A stretch of 64,000 nucleotides of DNA from a virus, in the IMG/VR virus record IMGVR_UViG_3300030202_002001, positions 1-64,000 of that record; one strand, given 5' to 3'. The position numbers were made by a program, and so were the translations under genes. The notes beneath the pieces are model-generated. The model was not told where the DNA came from. It worked only from the letters and a program-made list of their open reading frames with translations, and ran no database searches. Below are positions 35,401 through 46,700 of the stretch, in pieces (the stretch's first letter is position 1; the number at the start of each line of letters is the position of its first letter).

Positions 35401-38400
35401 ATTCACAGTTAATAGTTATAACGAAGAAAGATATACCAAGGATATTCCTCAAATTGGAAACTTCCGTATTGAAGCGCATGATTGTTTAGACTTTAGACCT
35501 AGAGTTTCTTCTTACAATCCAGCCTCTGGATCAGTATCTCCCTTCTTCTATACTGCAAGAGACTTTGACGGCAAACCCGATAGAATTTTGACTCCTAATG
35601 AGTCAATGACATTTGACTATGATTTCTATCTTCCTAGAATTGATAAAGTAGTTCTTCTTCCAGACGGCAACTTTGATCTACTGAAAGGAAAGCCAGCAAG
35701 GCAACCAGTTCCTCCAGTTGTATCTGGACCTGGAATGGAAATTGGTACAATTCTTCTTCCCGCATATCTTAGAGATACTGATGAAGCAAGAGTTTATCTG
35801 AAGGATAATCGTCGGTACACGATGAGAGATATTGGTGATCTTGCAGATAGAATTGAAAATCTGGAAGTTGTTACCAGTCTCAACCTTTTGGAAAAGAGTG
35901 CTGAGTCTTTACAAATCAGAGATTCGCAAGGTCTTACTAGATTTAAGTCTGGTTTCTTTGTAGATAACTTCAAGACCTTTGACTTTATGCATCCAAGTTC
36001 CCCATGTGAAATTGATAGGGATCTTGGTGAATTAAGACCACTCAGAGAATTTGAATCTTCTGCACTGCAAGTCGCTGCTAAAGATGACCTTCCAGTATCT
36101 CAAATCGACTACAGTTCAAACTTCCTGTTGCTTGATGAATTAAACACTCAAAAAACAGGTAATCTTCTGTCTTTGAAATATGAGGAAGTTCAGTATATTA
36201 AGCAGGAATTTGCCACAAGAGTAAACAACATCAACCCATTCCATGTTGTTGCATTTACTGGTGAACTAAGACTTAATCCATCTATCGATAACTGGATCAA
36301 TACCAGAGAGACTCAGAATGTTATCCGTAATACTATTGGTATTACAGTATTTAATAACCAAGTTGCTGCAAACTTCAGTCTGACTAGAGGTGGTGCTCTT
36401 GGTGGTTCTGCTTCTGTAACTACTAGAGAAACTGGTAGAACTGTACAGAGAGATGACATCAGATCTGAGAACACCTTTATTGCTGAAGAAACTTTTGATC
36501 CATTCTGTCGTTCCAGAAATATTGAATTCAATGCGATTGGTTTAAAACCATTCACTAACTTCTTCCCGTTCTTTGACAATCAAGGGGGTGTAGATATTAT
36601 CCCCAAACTGTTAGAAGTTGCCAATGTATCTGGTTCCTTCCAAACAGGAGAGACAATTAGAGGTTCTATTATTGGTACAGGTGGTGGAACATCATTTGAA
36701 TTTAGACTTGCTGCTCCAAATCATAAGAATGGACCGTTCAATGCTCCCACAACAACATATACGGTAAATCCCTACGATCCCACATCCACACTTCCTAATG
36801 GATATTCGCAGGCATCTACTGTCCTGAATATTGACATAACATCACTTTCTGCTCAAGCACAAGGTGCCTTCTTTGGATTCGCTCCTACTGGAATGCTCAT
36901 TAGAGGTCTTACCAGTGGTGCTCAAGCGGTTGTAGCGGGTGTTAGATTAGTGTCTGATGACTTTGGTGATCTTTTCGGCTCTATCTTCCTGAGAGATCCT
37001 AACCAAACACCTACACCTCAAGTAAGAATTAGATCTGGTAACAGAGACTTTAGATTAACATCAAGTCAGTCTAATGAAAATCCAGCACCAGGTTCTACTT
37101 TAATTTCTCATGCTACTGGTCGCTACACAGCAACTGGTACTACAAGAGTTGTCCAAACTGATATTAGAATCACAACTCTTGAAACTACAACGATTACTAA
37201 TCTCTCTACAATTGATATTAGAGGAACAGTACCTGAGCCACCTCCGCCGCCGCCCCCAGTTATTATCAACAACACCAGAGTTATTGATAGAACTAGAACG
37301 GTCATTAGAAACCGTACTAGAGTTATTGATAGGACTCGTACTATTCGTGTAAGAGAAAGAGATCCTTTAGCACAAACAATCGTAACTGGACCTGAGGGAG
37401 CATGGATTACATCTCTTGACTTGTTTTTTGCAACTAAGAATGCAGGAACAACACCCGTAAGAATTGAAGTTAGAACAGTTGAACTGGGTACTCCTACTCT
37501 GTTTATTATTGACAGAGCTGCTCAAGCAACTATTCGTCCTTCGGATATTCAAACATCTAAAGATGGTTCTGTTGCAACTAATATCAAATTTGATACTCCA
37601 TTCTACTTAGATCCAGATGAATCCTATGCTATTGTTATCCTGTCGGATAGTGATGAATATGAAGTATTCTGTGGAGAGATGGGTCAGAAGGCCCTGAACG
37701 CACAATCGCTGCCTTCTGCTAAGGGTAAGATTTACTCACAGCAGTTTGCTATGGGTTCATTGTTCAAGTCACAAAACGGTGCAACTTGGACTCCTACTCA
37801 GTTTGAAGACCTTACATTTACTCTGTATAGAGCGAAGTACACATCAAGTCAAGGTCTGTTAACATTCTTCAACCCACCAGTAGAACCTAATAACGGTTTA
37901 CTTCCTCCCCTTCCATTCGATCCTATTACTGCCCTTCCCAAGAAAGGTAAGTTGGGTATTGTTACAACCACAAATGCTGGTTTAATTGGTACAGTCTTTG
38001 CTCCTGGTCGTAAGATTAGTGAACAGACTTCTACATATCGCTATGGACATATTGAAAACAAAGGTGGTCCTGCTACTGGTGTTGTCGGAATTCTGACATC
38101 TGGTAGTAACTATGGTACTCCTACCAACCCTGTCAGTACATACAATATTACTGGTGATGGTTCTGGACTGACACTAAATGCAACTGTTGGTTCTGGTATT
38201 TCTGCGATTACTGCAGTTACTATTGTTGGTGCTGGTAGAGGTTATAAAGTCGGTGATGTTGTTGGAATTGTTACTGCTGATATTGGTGGATCTGGTTCTG
38301 GTGTTCGCATCGGTATCAACTCTATTAATGGCATTGACACTCTGTATTTGACTGATGTTCAGGCAGAAACATTTGACACCACATCAGGTAACGAAGCCAC

Positions 38401-39814
38401 TTATTATCATGAGGCAGGTTCAATTGTTGACACTGGTTTAGATATTATCAGTTTTGACAATACTGGAAGTGTTTACACTGGAGAATACTTCAGAGTAAGT
38501 CATCGTAATCATGGCATGCACAGTGTTCTGAACAAAGTAATTCTGAGTGATATTCAATCGGATGTTTTACCAACGGAACTGTCGGTAGATGTTGCCTCAA
38601 ATGAAACCTCAATTTCTATTGCATCAACTGAGCAATTCAATACTTTTGAAGGGGCTTTGGTTAGTGCTGCAAACACTGGTTATGCATTAATTAACAGTGA
38701 GATTCTTTCATACACTAGTGTTGGCGTCTCTAGTTTGGGTGGTGTTGTAAGAGGTGTAGATTCCACTAACGCATTGAATCATCTTAAGGATGAAATTGTT
38801 CAAAAATATGAATATGCTGGTGTCTCTCTCTTAAAAGTGAATACTGAGCATGATGTACAAAGCATCCTTAGAGGTATTGATAACTACTATCTTAGAATTG
38901 ACAGAGGATCTAGTAGATCTGTTGATGACAATGCCAACAATATTCCTCAGGTATCCTTTAAGGAAGAGGCTGCTGGTGGTGGTCAAGATGTACATGCTTC
39001 TAAGAACATCCAATTCGATGCTGTGAGACCCCTTCTCGATGCTTCAACCTTTGGACCCACGGACTTCATCTCTCTGCAGATGAGAAGCGTTACAGGTACA
39101 TCTGTTGATGGTAGTGAGACATCATTTGTTGACAACGGATTTGAAGATCTGAACCTCAATAGAATTAATATTCTTGAGACAACAAGACTTCTTGCTGCTA
39201 GAACTAACGAGTCAGCTAGACTTGGATCATTACCAAGAAATAAGTCATTTACATTCACAGTCGAACTTGCAAATAGTGGAGATGAGTTTAACTCACCTAC
39301 AGTCAACCTGGAAGGAGCAAATGCACTCTTCTATGAGAATAGACTGAACAACCCAATTGAGGATTACAGAATTGATCCTAGAGTCAAATCTAGATTCAAT
39401 GATCCTCATGCTTCTTATTATATGTCTCAACCGATCTATATTAAGAACCCTGCAACTTCATTGAAAGTTGTATTTGAAGCTCGCAGACCAATCGAATGTG
39501 ATTTCCGTGTTCTCTACAGTATTCTCAAAACAGACTCTAGTGAAGTAACTCCTGACTTTGAATTATTCCCTGGACATTTCAATCTAATTGATACTGATGG
39601 CGATGGCCTTGGGGATCAAGTTATTGATGTTACCGAAAATGATGGTAGACCCGATGCCTTTGTTGCTGCGAATGAGATGACTTACAGGGAATATACATAC
39701 TCTGTAGATGACCTGCCAAGTTTCAACGGTTTCCAAATTAAGATCGTATTCACTGGAACAAATCAGGCAAAACATCCTGTACTGAAGAATTTGAGAGCAA
39801 TCGCTGTAGCATGA
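32492..39814 (+). CDS. Large virion structural protein (VrlC/DUF4815-like)
   Basis: NLNVSPYYDDF...VLFKPG.PVQAREL..LQSILQNQ, APGADRL, RTFDESG.Y, RFKSGFFVDNF, DPLAQT. Confidence 0.85.
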   Translation: MPQQTNLNVSPYYDDFDPNKGYHRVLFKPGFPVQARELSTLQSILQNQVEKFGSHIFKEGSIVVPGSVTFDGQYYAVQVNPTHLGTDIGVYADKVIGKIIKGQTTGTTAKVINFISASQSDNDYDTFYVKYINSASTGDFNFFSDGEILVAEESFTYGGTTINVGGTFASTIDLDACSIGSAASVDEGIYFLRGCFVKVEKQTIILDQYNPQPSFRVGLRVVETNVSAKSDESLYDNAKGFSNFAAPGADRLKINLVLDKKAVSDFNDTDFVEILRVSNGEILSIKRETEYSKIREYLAKRTFDESGDYTVNKFLLNITECLNDRKGNNGVYFSDQTTFDGNQPDDDLACLKISAGKAYVKGYEVSTDGPTTIDFFKPRETGEVKNKSFPFEMGNKFIVNNVSGISTFTNRINLMGGPNSGGSANVAGTASKIGDAKVYNLGLRDRVYKDASTEFDMYLYDIQTYTTLQLNDYVSNSELNESAFIVGKESGANAFAVTAGAGSSTIQVTQTSGTFRRGEEILINGTDATPRTIEGVTPYGINDVFSFAQSGNSFTANKKLTDRIPPRLGNGNVKITKAGATATVTAPRIDSFQRFKPGDVIRFVEGGNQYQNVVLTIAADLQSMTVGAMTTVANLFEGTVKTFEGPITIGSQDGSDQNASLITVIPDLNVSNVDFTGSTLLLSTQIQNESTNALGQLVIPISSVDIPDTSFAGFDEERYQVQYSNGNIGVIEDDQVTVTGTQVTITGLLPSQTGMTVNVTVIKAVVKNKVKEFKRCQQVAVTRSKNKRSGTDPATSINDGLNHSALYGLRVQDRDISLNEPDAVDIVAIYESLDSSAPIPDKLSFSSTDDVFTSAIIGENIFGSTSKAIAKVVSVDAGNSQIDIVYLTNDRFTVLEPLKFEESNTTAVLQGFTPGKYRDITSSYMLDKGQRNQYYDYSRIVRNRGAYIPHRQLLIIYNRYDVPTGDTGDVFTVNSYNEERYTKDIPQIGNFRIEAHDCLDFRPRVSSYNPASGSVSPFFYTARDFDGKPDRILTPNESMTFDYDFYLPRIDKVVLLPDGNFDLLKGKPARQPVPPVVSGPGMEIGTILLPAYLRDTDEARVYLKDNRRYTMRDIGDLADRIENLEVVTSLNLLEKSAESLQIRDSQGLTRFKSGFFVDNFKTFDFMHPSSPCEIDRDLGELRPLREFESSALQVAAKDDLPVSQIDYSSNFLLLDELNTQKTGNLLSLKYEEVQYIKQEFATRVNNINPFHVVAFTGELRLNPSIDNWINTRETQNVIRNTIGITVFNNQVAANFSLTRGGALGGSASVTTRETGRTVQRDDIRSENTFIAEETFDPFCRSRNIEFNAIGLKPFTNFFPFFDNQGGVDIIPKLLEVANVSGSFQTGETIRGSIIGTGGGTSFEFRLAAPNHKNGPFNAPTTTYTVNPYDPTSTLPNGYSQASTVLNIDITSLSAQAQGAFFGFAPTGMLIRGLTSGAQAVVAGVRLVSDDFGDLFGSIFLRDPNQTPTPQVRIRSGNRDFRLTSSQSNENPAPGSTLISHATGRYTATGTTRVVQTDIRITTLETTTITNLSTIDIRGTVPEPPPPPPPVIINNTRVIDRTRTVIRNRTRVIDRTRTIRVRERDPLAQTIVTGPEGAWITSLDLFFATKNAGTTPVRIEVRTVELGTPTLFIIDRAAQATIRPSDIQTSKDGSVATNIKFDTPFYLDPDESYAIVILSDSDEYEVFCGEMGQKALNAQSLPSAKGKIYSQQFAMGSLFKSQNGATWTPTQFEDLTFTLYRAKYTSSQGLLTFFNPPVEPNNGLLPPLPFDPITALPKKGKLGIVTTTNAGLIGTVFAPGRKISEQTSTYRYGHIENKGGPATGVVGILTSGSNYGTPTNPVSTYNITGDGSGLTLNATVGSGISAITAVTIVGAGRGYKVGDVVGIVTADIGGSGSGVRIGINSINGIDTLYLTDVQAETFDTTSGNEATYYHEAGSIVDTGLDIISFDNTGSVYTGEYFRVSHRNHGMHSVLNKVILSDIQSDVLPTELSVDVASNETSISIASTEQFNTFEGALVSAANTGYALINSEILSYTSVGVSSLGGVVRGVDSTNALNHLKDEIVQKYEYAGVSLLKVNTEHDVQSILRGIDNYYLRIDRGSSRSVDDNANNIPQVSFKEEAAGGGQDVHASKNIQFDAVRPLLDASTFGPTDFISLQMRSVTGTSVDGSETSFVDNGFEDLNLNRINILETTRLLAARTNESARLGSLPRNKSFTFTVELANSGDEFNSPTVNLEGANALFYENRLNNPIEDYRIDPRVKSRFNDPHASYYMSQPIYIKNPATSLKVVFEARRPIECDFRVLYSILKTDSSEVTPDFELFPGHFNLIDTDGDGLGDQVIDVTENDGRPDAFVAANEMTYREYTYSVDDLPSFNGFQIKIVFTGTNQAKHPVLKNLRAIAVA

Positions 39815-40014
39815 GTTTGATTCCTGTAGAAGGACATTCTAGTCTTTATAGAGATTCTGATACTGGTGCCATCGTTAATACCGATGACTCCAGTTATCAT
39901 GCTTATTTGAGACAAAAGAATGCCAAAAAAAGTGAGAAAGAAGAACTTGATGAAATGAAGAAGGATATTGATGACATTAAAAAAATGTTAAGTAAAATAG
40001 TGGAAAAATTATGA
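39811..40014 (+). CDS. Conserved small protein with C-terminal coiled coil
   Basis: IPVEGH..L.RD..TGAIVN... Confidence 0.75.
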   Translation: MSLIPVEGHSSLYRDSDTGAIVNTDDSSYHAYLRQKNAKKSEKEELDEMKKDIDDIKKMLSKIVEKL

Positions 40015-40175
40015 GTAGAAATCCTCACTCTGAATTTTTAAAATATCATGGCTTTGAATCACAATCCATAGATGATATCTCATCTAATGACATCGAAATG
40101 CTAAAAGCAGATGTTCTAGAAATCAAAATGACCATGCAGTCTATATTACAGGAACTAAGGAAACTAAATACCTAA
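40011..40175 (+). CDS. Small hypothetical coiled-coil protein (54 aa)
   Basis: Read manually: MSRNPHSEFLKYHGF...; ATGA overlap with the upstream gene. Confidence 0.55.
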   Translation: MSRNPHSEFLKYHGFESQSIDDISSNDIEMLKADVLEIKMTMQSILQELRKLNT

Positions 40176-40198
40176 TAGGATAATCCGTGATGTAAAGA

Positions 40199-40537
40199 AT
40201 GGCAGTTTACATTGCTAATCTCTCAGTCGATACAGGTGTTGATTTTCAACATGGGTTCAGTCTAGGAGATAACGACACAGGCACTTTTTTGAACTTAACA
40301 AACTATACCTGCACCTCTCAACTAAGAAAGTGGGCGGGGAGCTCTACTGCTGTTTCGTTTGCATCTACAGTCACCGATCCCGAAGCAGGTCAGATCCAGA
40401 TATCTCTGGCATCTACGCTTACAGCTGATATTAAGCCAGGGCGATATGTATATGATGTGAATCTTGAAGACTCTGGTGGATTTAAATACAAGGTCGTTGA
40501 AGGAATGGTCCTAGTCAGAGCAGGAGTAACAAGGTAA
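40199..40537 (+). CDS. Putative virion structural/adaptor protein
   Basis: NL.VD.G.DF...L..YT..SQLRK...G.I.ISL....T..IKPGRYVYDV...VVEG.V.V..GVT; ACTAAATA late promoter at 40163. Confidence 0.7.
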   Translation: MAVYIANLSVDTGVDFQHGFSLGDNDTGTFLNLTNYTCTSQLRKWAGSSTAVSFASTVTDPEAGQIQISLASTLTADIKPGRYVYDVNLEDSGGFKYKVVEGMVLVRAGVTR

Positions 40538-40749
40538 TGCCATCATTACGAATAGGCACATCTAATCAAGTAAAAGTTATTGCCAGCGGTGCCCTCGGAG
40601 GTGGCTCTGGCGGTAGACTGACATTGCTTGCTGATGTTGATGCATCAACACTAGAGGATGGAAGCATCCTGGTATATGAAGCGGCGTCGAACGCCTTCAA
40701 AACAACAAAAAATTTCCCTGCTGCCATCATTGACGGAGGTGTCTTCTAA
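40537..40749 (+). CDS. Small structural protein ending in IDGGVF
   Basis: L..L.DVD......G..LVY fibre-type motif. Confidence 0.65.
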   Translation: MPSLRIGTSNQVKVIASGALGGGSGGRLTLLADVDASTLEDGSILVYEAASNAFKTTKNFPAAIIDGGVF

Positions 40750-43700
40750 TGTCCGCAACGATTCTCTTAAAAAGGACACTTGGAACATCCCCACCGAATA
40801 TTGCACCAGTTGGTACTGGAGTCTCATTTGGTGAACTTGTTTACGCATACGATACTAGCGATGTAGGTGCTGGTAAGTCGTACAAGAAATTATATATTGG
40901 TAGTCCATCAGGTCCTGGTTTCGCACCTATTCCTATTGGTGGTGAATATTACACCAGCCTGTTCAATGACAATCCTTCCGATTACGGAAAACCTCAAGCA
41001 TCTAAAGTCTTAATCTTAGATGATCAAGCAAAGGTTGCTTCCTGGTTTGTTGTAGATGATTTCTACACAGCAGGTGTTGGTACAGTTGCTGGAAACTTTA
41101 CTGTTGGTGGCAACCTTAATGTAACAGGAGACCTCGTTTATGATGAGGCAAATGCTAGAAACTGGAATGTAACTGGCATTGCAACTGCTGCTACATTAGA
41201 TGTTGGTGCTGCAGGATTCTCTACCCTAGGTGTAACTGACTTCCGTGCAGTTACTGGTGTTGTAACCACTCTTAGTGGTACAAGTGCTGACTACTACGAA
41301 GTAAATGTAGGACACGCACTTACTGCAAATAATGTAGAAGTTACTGGGGTATCATCCTTCAGTAATATTACATTCTCCAATGATATTATTAGAGTTGGTC
41401 GTGATGCTGCCGTAGGTCTTAGCAGTGCCGACTCTTCAATCTTTATTGGTGACTTTGCTGGGGCTGGTATTGGACAAACTGTCCTTAACCGTCGTAATAT
41501 TGCGATTGGTGCCAGTGCAATGCAATATGCTGGTATTCTTTCCAGCAGTGACGAGTTAGAATCTAACATCGTCATGGGTAACTTTGCAGGCTATCGCTTG
41601 CAAGGTACTAAGAACTTGATGATTGGTGATAAGGTAGGTTTTGCCTTATCTTCTAGCGGCAACGATGAGAACATCGCTCTGGGTAACCAGTCGATGTATG
41701 GTGAGACTTTCCCTGTTGTTGATGGGGTAACTCTCAGCGTAACTGTCGGAGAACAAACTGCTGTTGCAAATTATGATCAGACAGAAGATGTAACCGAAAC
41801 CAGTGGATCTGGTGTTGGACTCTTAGTTAGATTACAGACTGGTAATACTGGTCTGATTACTAACATCGAAATCATGGCCCCTGGCGATGGTTATGAGGTT
41901 GGTGATACATTCACCATGCCGTTTGGTTTCCAGACTCTTACAGGTAGCGTAACTAGCAAGAATGGTCGCTTCCTAGGTGGTGGTACAGGAACCAGACAGC
42001 AGCAAAGAAACATTGCTATTGGTCCTTACACTCTCTTCAGTGTAGACGGTAGTAAGAACATTGCCATTGGTTACTCTGCTGGTAACGACACTCTTGGTAG
42101 TGGCAATGTCATCATCGGTTATGAACGAAATGTTGCTATCGGAGATAGCGACAACCAGCTCGTAATTGGTAATCAAAATATTAATTGGATCGACGGTAAC
42201 CAACTTGGTTATGTCGGCATCGGCACCACACGACCATTCGGGTTGTTAGATGTTGGTGGTGTAGTAATTGTTGATAAAGGCACTGGTAACACAGTAATCG
42301 CTGGCGTAACATCTGTTCCGCAAATTGATGCTAATGATATTGGTGTTGAGGACATTAAGGTCACTGCTGGTTTAGCAACTGACTTTGCAATTACCAACGC
42401 TAAGATTCAGTCAGGTATTATTACTGACACTGTTGGTACTGCTGCAACTATTACGAATGTAGATTTCGTAAATGCAGACATTGAAGATGTCAAGATCACT
42501 GTTGGTCTTGCTACTGACTTTGCAGTAACTAATCTGAGATCTCAGGTTGCGATTGCAACTAACGCTTATATTGATGTAGGTGTTGTAACATCATTGGTTG
42601 GCACCTATGCCACAATCACAACCTTCGATTCTAACGAAGGTGATATCAATACCCTGAAGACAGTTGCTGGTGTCGTTACATCACTGACTGGTTTTGGTGT
42701 AACTTACAATACAGCAGACTTTGAGAATCTTGACGCATTTGATGCGAAGATTACAACTGGTATTATTACATCTTTGGTTGGTACATATGTAACCTTCCAA
42801 GATGCTGACTTCCAGAAAGATGTCAGAGTTGGTGGAGCCCTTACTGTTGTTGGTGATCTGACCGTCAATGGAACTACAAGTTTCGTTCAGAGTTCGGTTG
42901 TTCAAATCACCGATAAGAACATTGAACTTGGTTTCAGTTCTACTGGTGGACATGCTGATGCTACGGCCGATAATGGCGGTATCATCGTTAAGGGAACAAC
43001 TGACAAAGAATTCTTATACGATCAAGCAAGAGAAGCATGGGAGTCTAATCTCAAGTTTACTCCTAGTGCAGATGGAACTCTGGATATCGGTACTACTGAT
43101 AGAGAGTGGAAAGACATCTACATTGATGGTACAGCACATCTTGACGCTGCTGACATCCTTGATGCCAAAATCACTGCTGGTATTATCACCAGTCAGGTTG
43201 GCACCTATGCAACCATTGGCACCGTTGATATCGAGACTCTCGATGCCAAGGATGTAAACATCACTGGTCTTGCTGTAACCGATATTGTCGGTACTGCAGC
43301 AACAATCACGACCATCGATGCTACAGAAGGTGATATTGTTAATGCAAAGATTACCGCTGGTATTATTACCAGTTTGGTTGGTACTGCTGCTACTATCGGT
43401 GATGTTAATATCACTGGAGACCTCAGAGTTGGTGGAGCTACAACCTTTACTGGCAATGTAACCTTCAATGGCGGTACAATCGGCCTTGGTGATTCCACTA
43501 CTGATAACATCGTCTTTACTGGTGAAGTTGACTCTGATATCGTTCCTGATGATGACGATACCTTTGATCTTGGTAGTGCCGCTAAAGAGTGGAAAGACAT
43601 TTATATCGATGGCGTTGCTCGTGTTGATGACCTGATTGTTGATTCAACAGTCGGTACATATGCGACAATCACAACTGCTGATATCGATGTACTCGATGCA

Positions 43701-46700
43701 AGACAGACAAATATTACTGGATTAGCAGTCACCGATATTGTCGGTACTGCTGCTACTATCACGACAATTGATGCCACAGAAGGCGATATTGTCAACGCTA
43801 AGATCACTGCTGGTGTTGTAACCTCACTGGTTGGCACCTACGCTACGATCACCACGGTCGATATTGAGACCCTGGATGCAAAGCAAACAAATATTACTGG
43901 ATTAGCAGTTACTGACATTGTTGGTACTGCAGCAACTATCACTACGGTTGACTTTGAAGTTGCAGACATTCTAAATGCAACTGTCTCGGTTGGTATTGCA
44001 ACCTCTGCATTCGTACAAGCTGGTTTCATTACCTCACTGTATGACTCCACTGGTGTAGTTGGTCTCAATACTCAGCACATGCTGAGCACCAATCCTGATG
44101 GCACAATCACCTGGCGTGAACCTGCACAGATTGGTATCGCTACAATCAATGCCAAGTTGGATACATGGTTTGTATCTACTAATGGTGTTGACGATGATGA
44201 TGCATCTCGTGGACGCACAGCAGAGAGGCCGTATAGAACTGTTGCATATGCTCTTTCACGAATTTCTCAGGTTGGTCCCAACGATGTCCTAAACATCTCC
44301 GCTGGTGTTTATGAAGAAGTCTTCCCACTGACTGTTCCAGCTGGTCTGACAGTCAAGGGTGCTGGTCTCCGTGCAACCAAGATTGTTCCTACCACTGCTA
44401 CTAAGCAGAAGGACTGCTTCTTGATGAATGACAGATCAGTCGTCGAAGATATCACTATTGGTGATATGTTCTTTGACACTGCTGGCAATCAGGGTTATGC
44501 GTTTAAGTTTGCTCCTGGTATTGCGATTACAAGCAGATCACCTTATGTTCAGAGAGTCACTGTATTCAACAAAGGTAGTAATACTACTGCTGCTGATCCT
44601 TATGGTTATGGATCTGCTGATTCTGCACCTTCCTCCTACATCGCTGGTGGTGGTGCATACATCGACGGTTCTGAGGTAGCATCAGGATCTCTTGAGGCTG
44701 CGTTCCTGTTCAATGAAGTTACTTTCATTGTACCGAACAGCAAAGGTCTGATTATGACCAACGGTGCTCGTACTGAGTACCTGAACTGTTTCTCTTACTT
44801 TGCTGCTGAAGCAATCAAGGGTACTTCTGGATCTCTTGGTATTAGTTCTGCTGGTGAGACAAGACTAAGACTGACTGGTATCACTACTGTTGGTGTTGGT
44901 AACACGATTACTGTCTTTGATACTGACGGAACTACTGGCGTTGCGACTGCTATTGTTGCTTCTTATGACGGCACTTACATAGGTGTAACTGGTAAGCAAA
45001 CTGGTTTTGAACTTCTGAATGCTAGAACTGCTAAGGCAGTTACATTCAACGATGGTGCTCAATTAGACACAACTGTCAAGAAGTTTGGTAGTGCATCACT
45101 CGCACTTGACGGAACCAATGATTCTATCAGCGTTCCTTCTAGTGGTGATATTGGCTTTGGCACTAATATAGACTTCACGATTGAATTCTGGGCATACGCA
45201 AATACAACTGGTCTGACTAGCGCAACTCTCTTTGACTTGAGAGATAACGGCACCGATGCTGAAGGTATCAGTGTTGCATTCCGTGCTGCTGGTGAAGTTG
45301 ATATGCGGGTTGGTACTACCACCGCTATCACTGGATCTGGTGCAGGCATCGCTACAGGCGTCTGGAAGCACTATGCACTTGCTAGAGACGGCACAAACAC
45401 TAGATTATTCGTTGACGGTACTCAGAGGGGCATCAAGACCTCAGATACAACTGACTACGGTGCGTCTAAAGGTATTGTAATTGGTGCTGATTTTGATGGT
45501 GCAAGTCAAAATGTCACTGGTTGGATTGACGATTTCAGAATTGAAAGAGGAGTTGCCAAGTACACCGCTAACTTTACTGCTCCTACTGCTGCACATACTG
45601 GCGATAAGGACACTGTTCTCTTACTCGACTTTGATGGTGCAAGTGGAGTAACCACAACCACTGACAATGTAATCCGCAATCAAGATATCCGCATCACTCA
45701 AGCGGGTGGCGGTATCGGAACTGCAACTAAGGTTATCCTTGCTGACTACAGCGAGTTCGGTGCGGACATGCGTTCGGTCGGATGTGCTGTTGAATATGGT
45801 CAGAAGGGTGTCATCGCTGATGGTGATGGCGTAAGTCTGAGAATGTTTGCCCTGAACTTCAACCATGTTGGTTCTGGTGGCGACTTCACAAACGATCCTA
45901 ACCTGGCAATTCAGGCGAACGAAGTCACTGAACTAAACAACGGTGATGTATCTTTCGTAAGTATTGATCAAAGAGGAGACTTCAGAGTTGGTGACGCATT
46001 CTTCGTTGATCAAGAAAACGGTACGGTATCGTTCTCACAGCAGGTAACCAGCCTCCAAGCACTTTCTTCTCTCCAAATTACTGACGGAACTAACAGCAGC
46101 ACTGTTACTCCTACAAGCGGTACATTCGGTAATATCCAGATCTCTGGAAACAACATTGAATCTACCTCAGGTGATATCAACATTGACCCTGCTGGTGCTG
46201 GTGATATCAACATCACTGGTGATGTCAATGTCCTGGGTATCCTAACTGCGACAACTATCCAACTTGACTCTTTCCAGAAGAACGATACTTCTATCGCTCT
46301 GGATGATTCTGGCGCTAACGGCACTATCAGATTCAATACTGATAATGTTGAGGGTATGCGTCTCGACGCTAATCAGAAGTTGGGTATCGGCACAGCCGCA
46401 CCTAGACAAAGATTAGATGTTCTTGACACTGCTAAGTTTGAAAGACTTGATGTAACTGGCGTATCTACATTTGCTGAAAGAGTTGATTTCAACCTCAGCA
46501 TTGACGCAGTTGACGCAAAGATTACTGCAGGTGTTGTAACATCGCTGGTTGGTACATTTGCCACCATCACTACTTTTGATACTGAGACCCTAGATGCTAA
46601 AGATGTAAACATCACTGGTCTTGCTGTAACAGACATTGTTGGTACTGCTGCAACAATCACAACAATTGATGCAGAAGCACTTGATGCTTTTGACGCAAAA

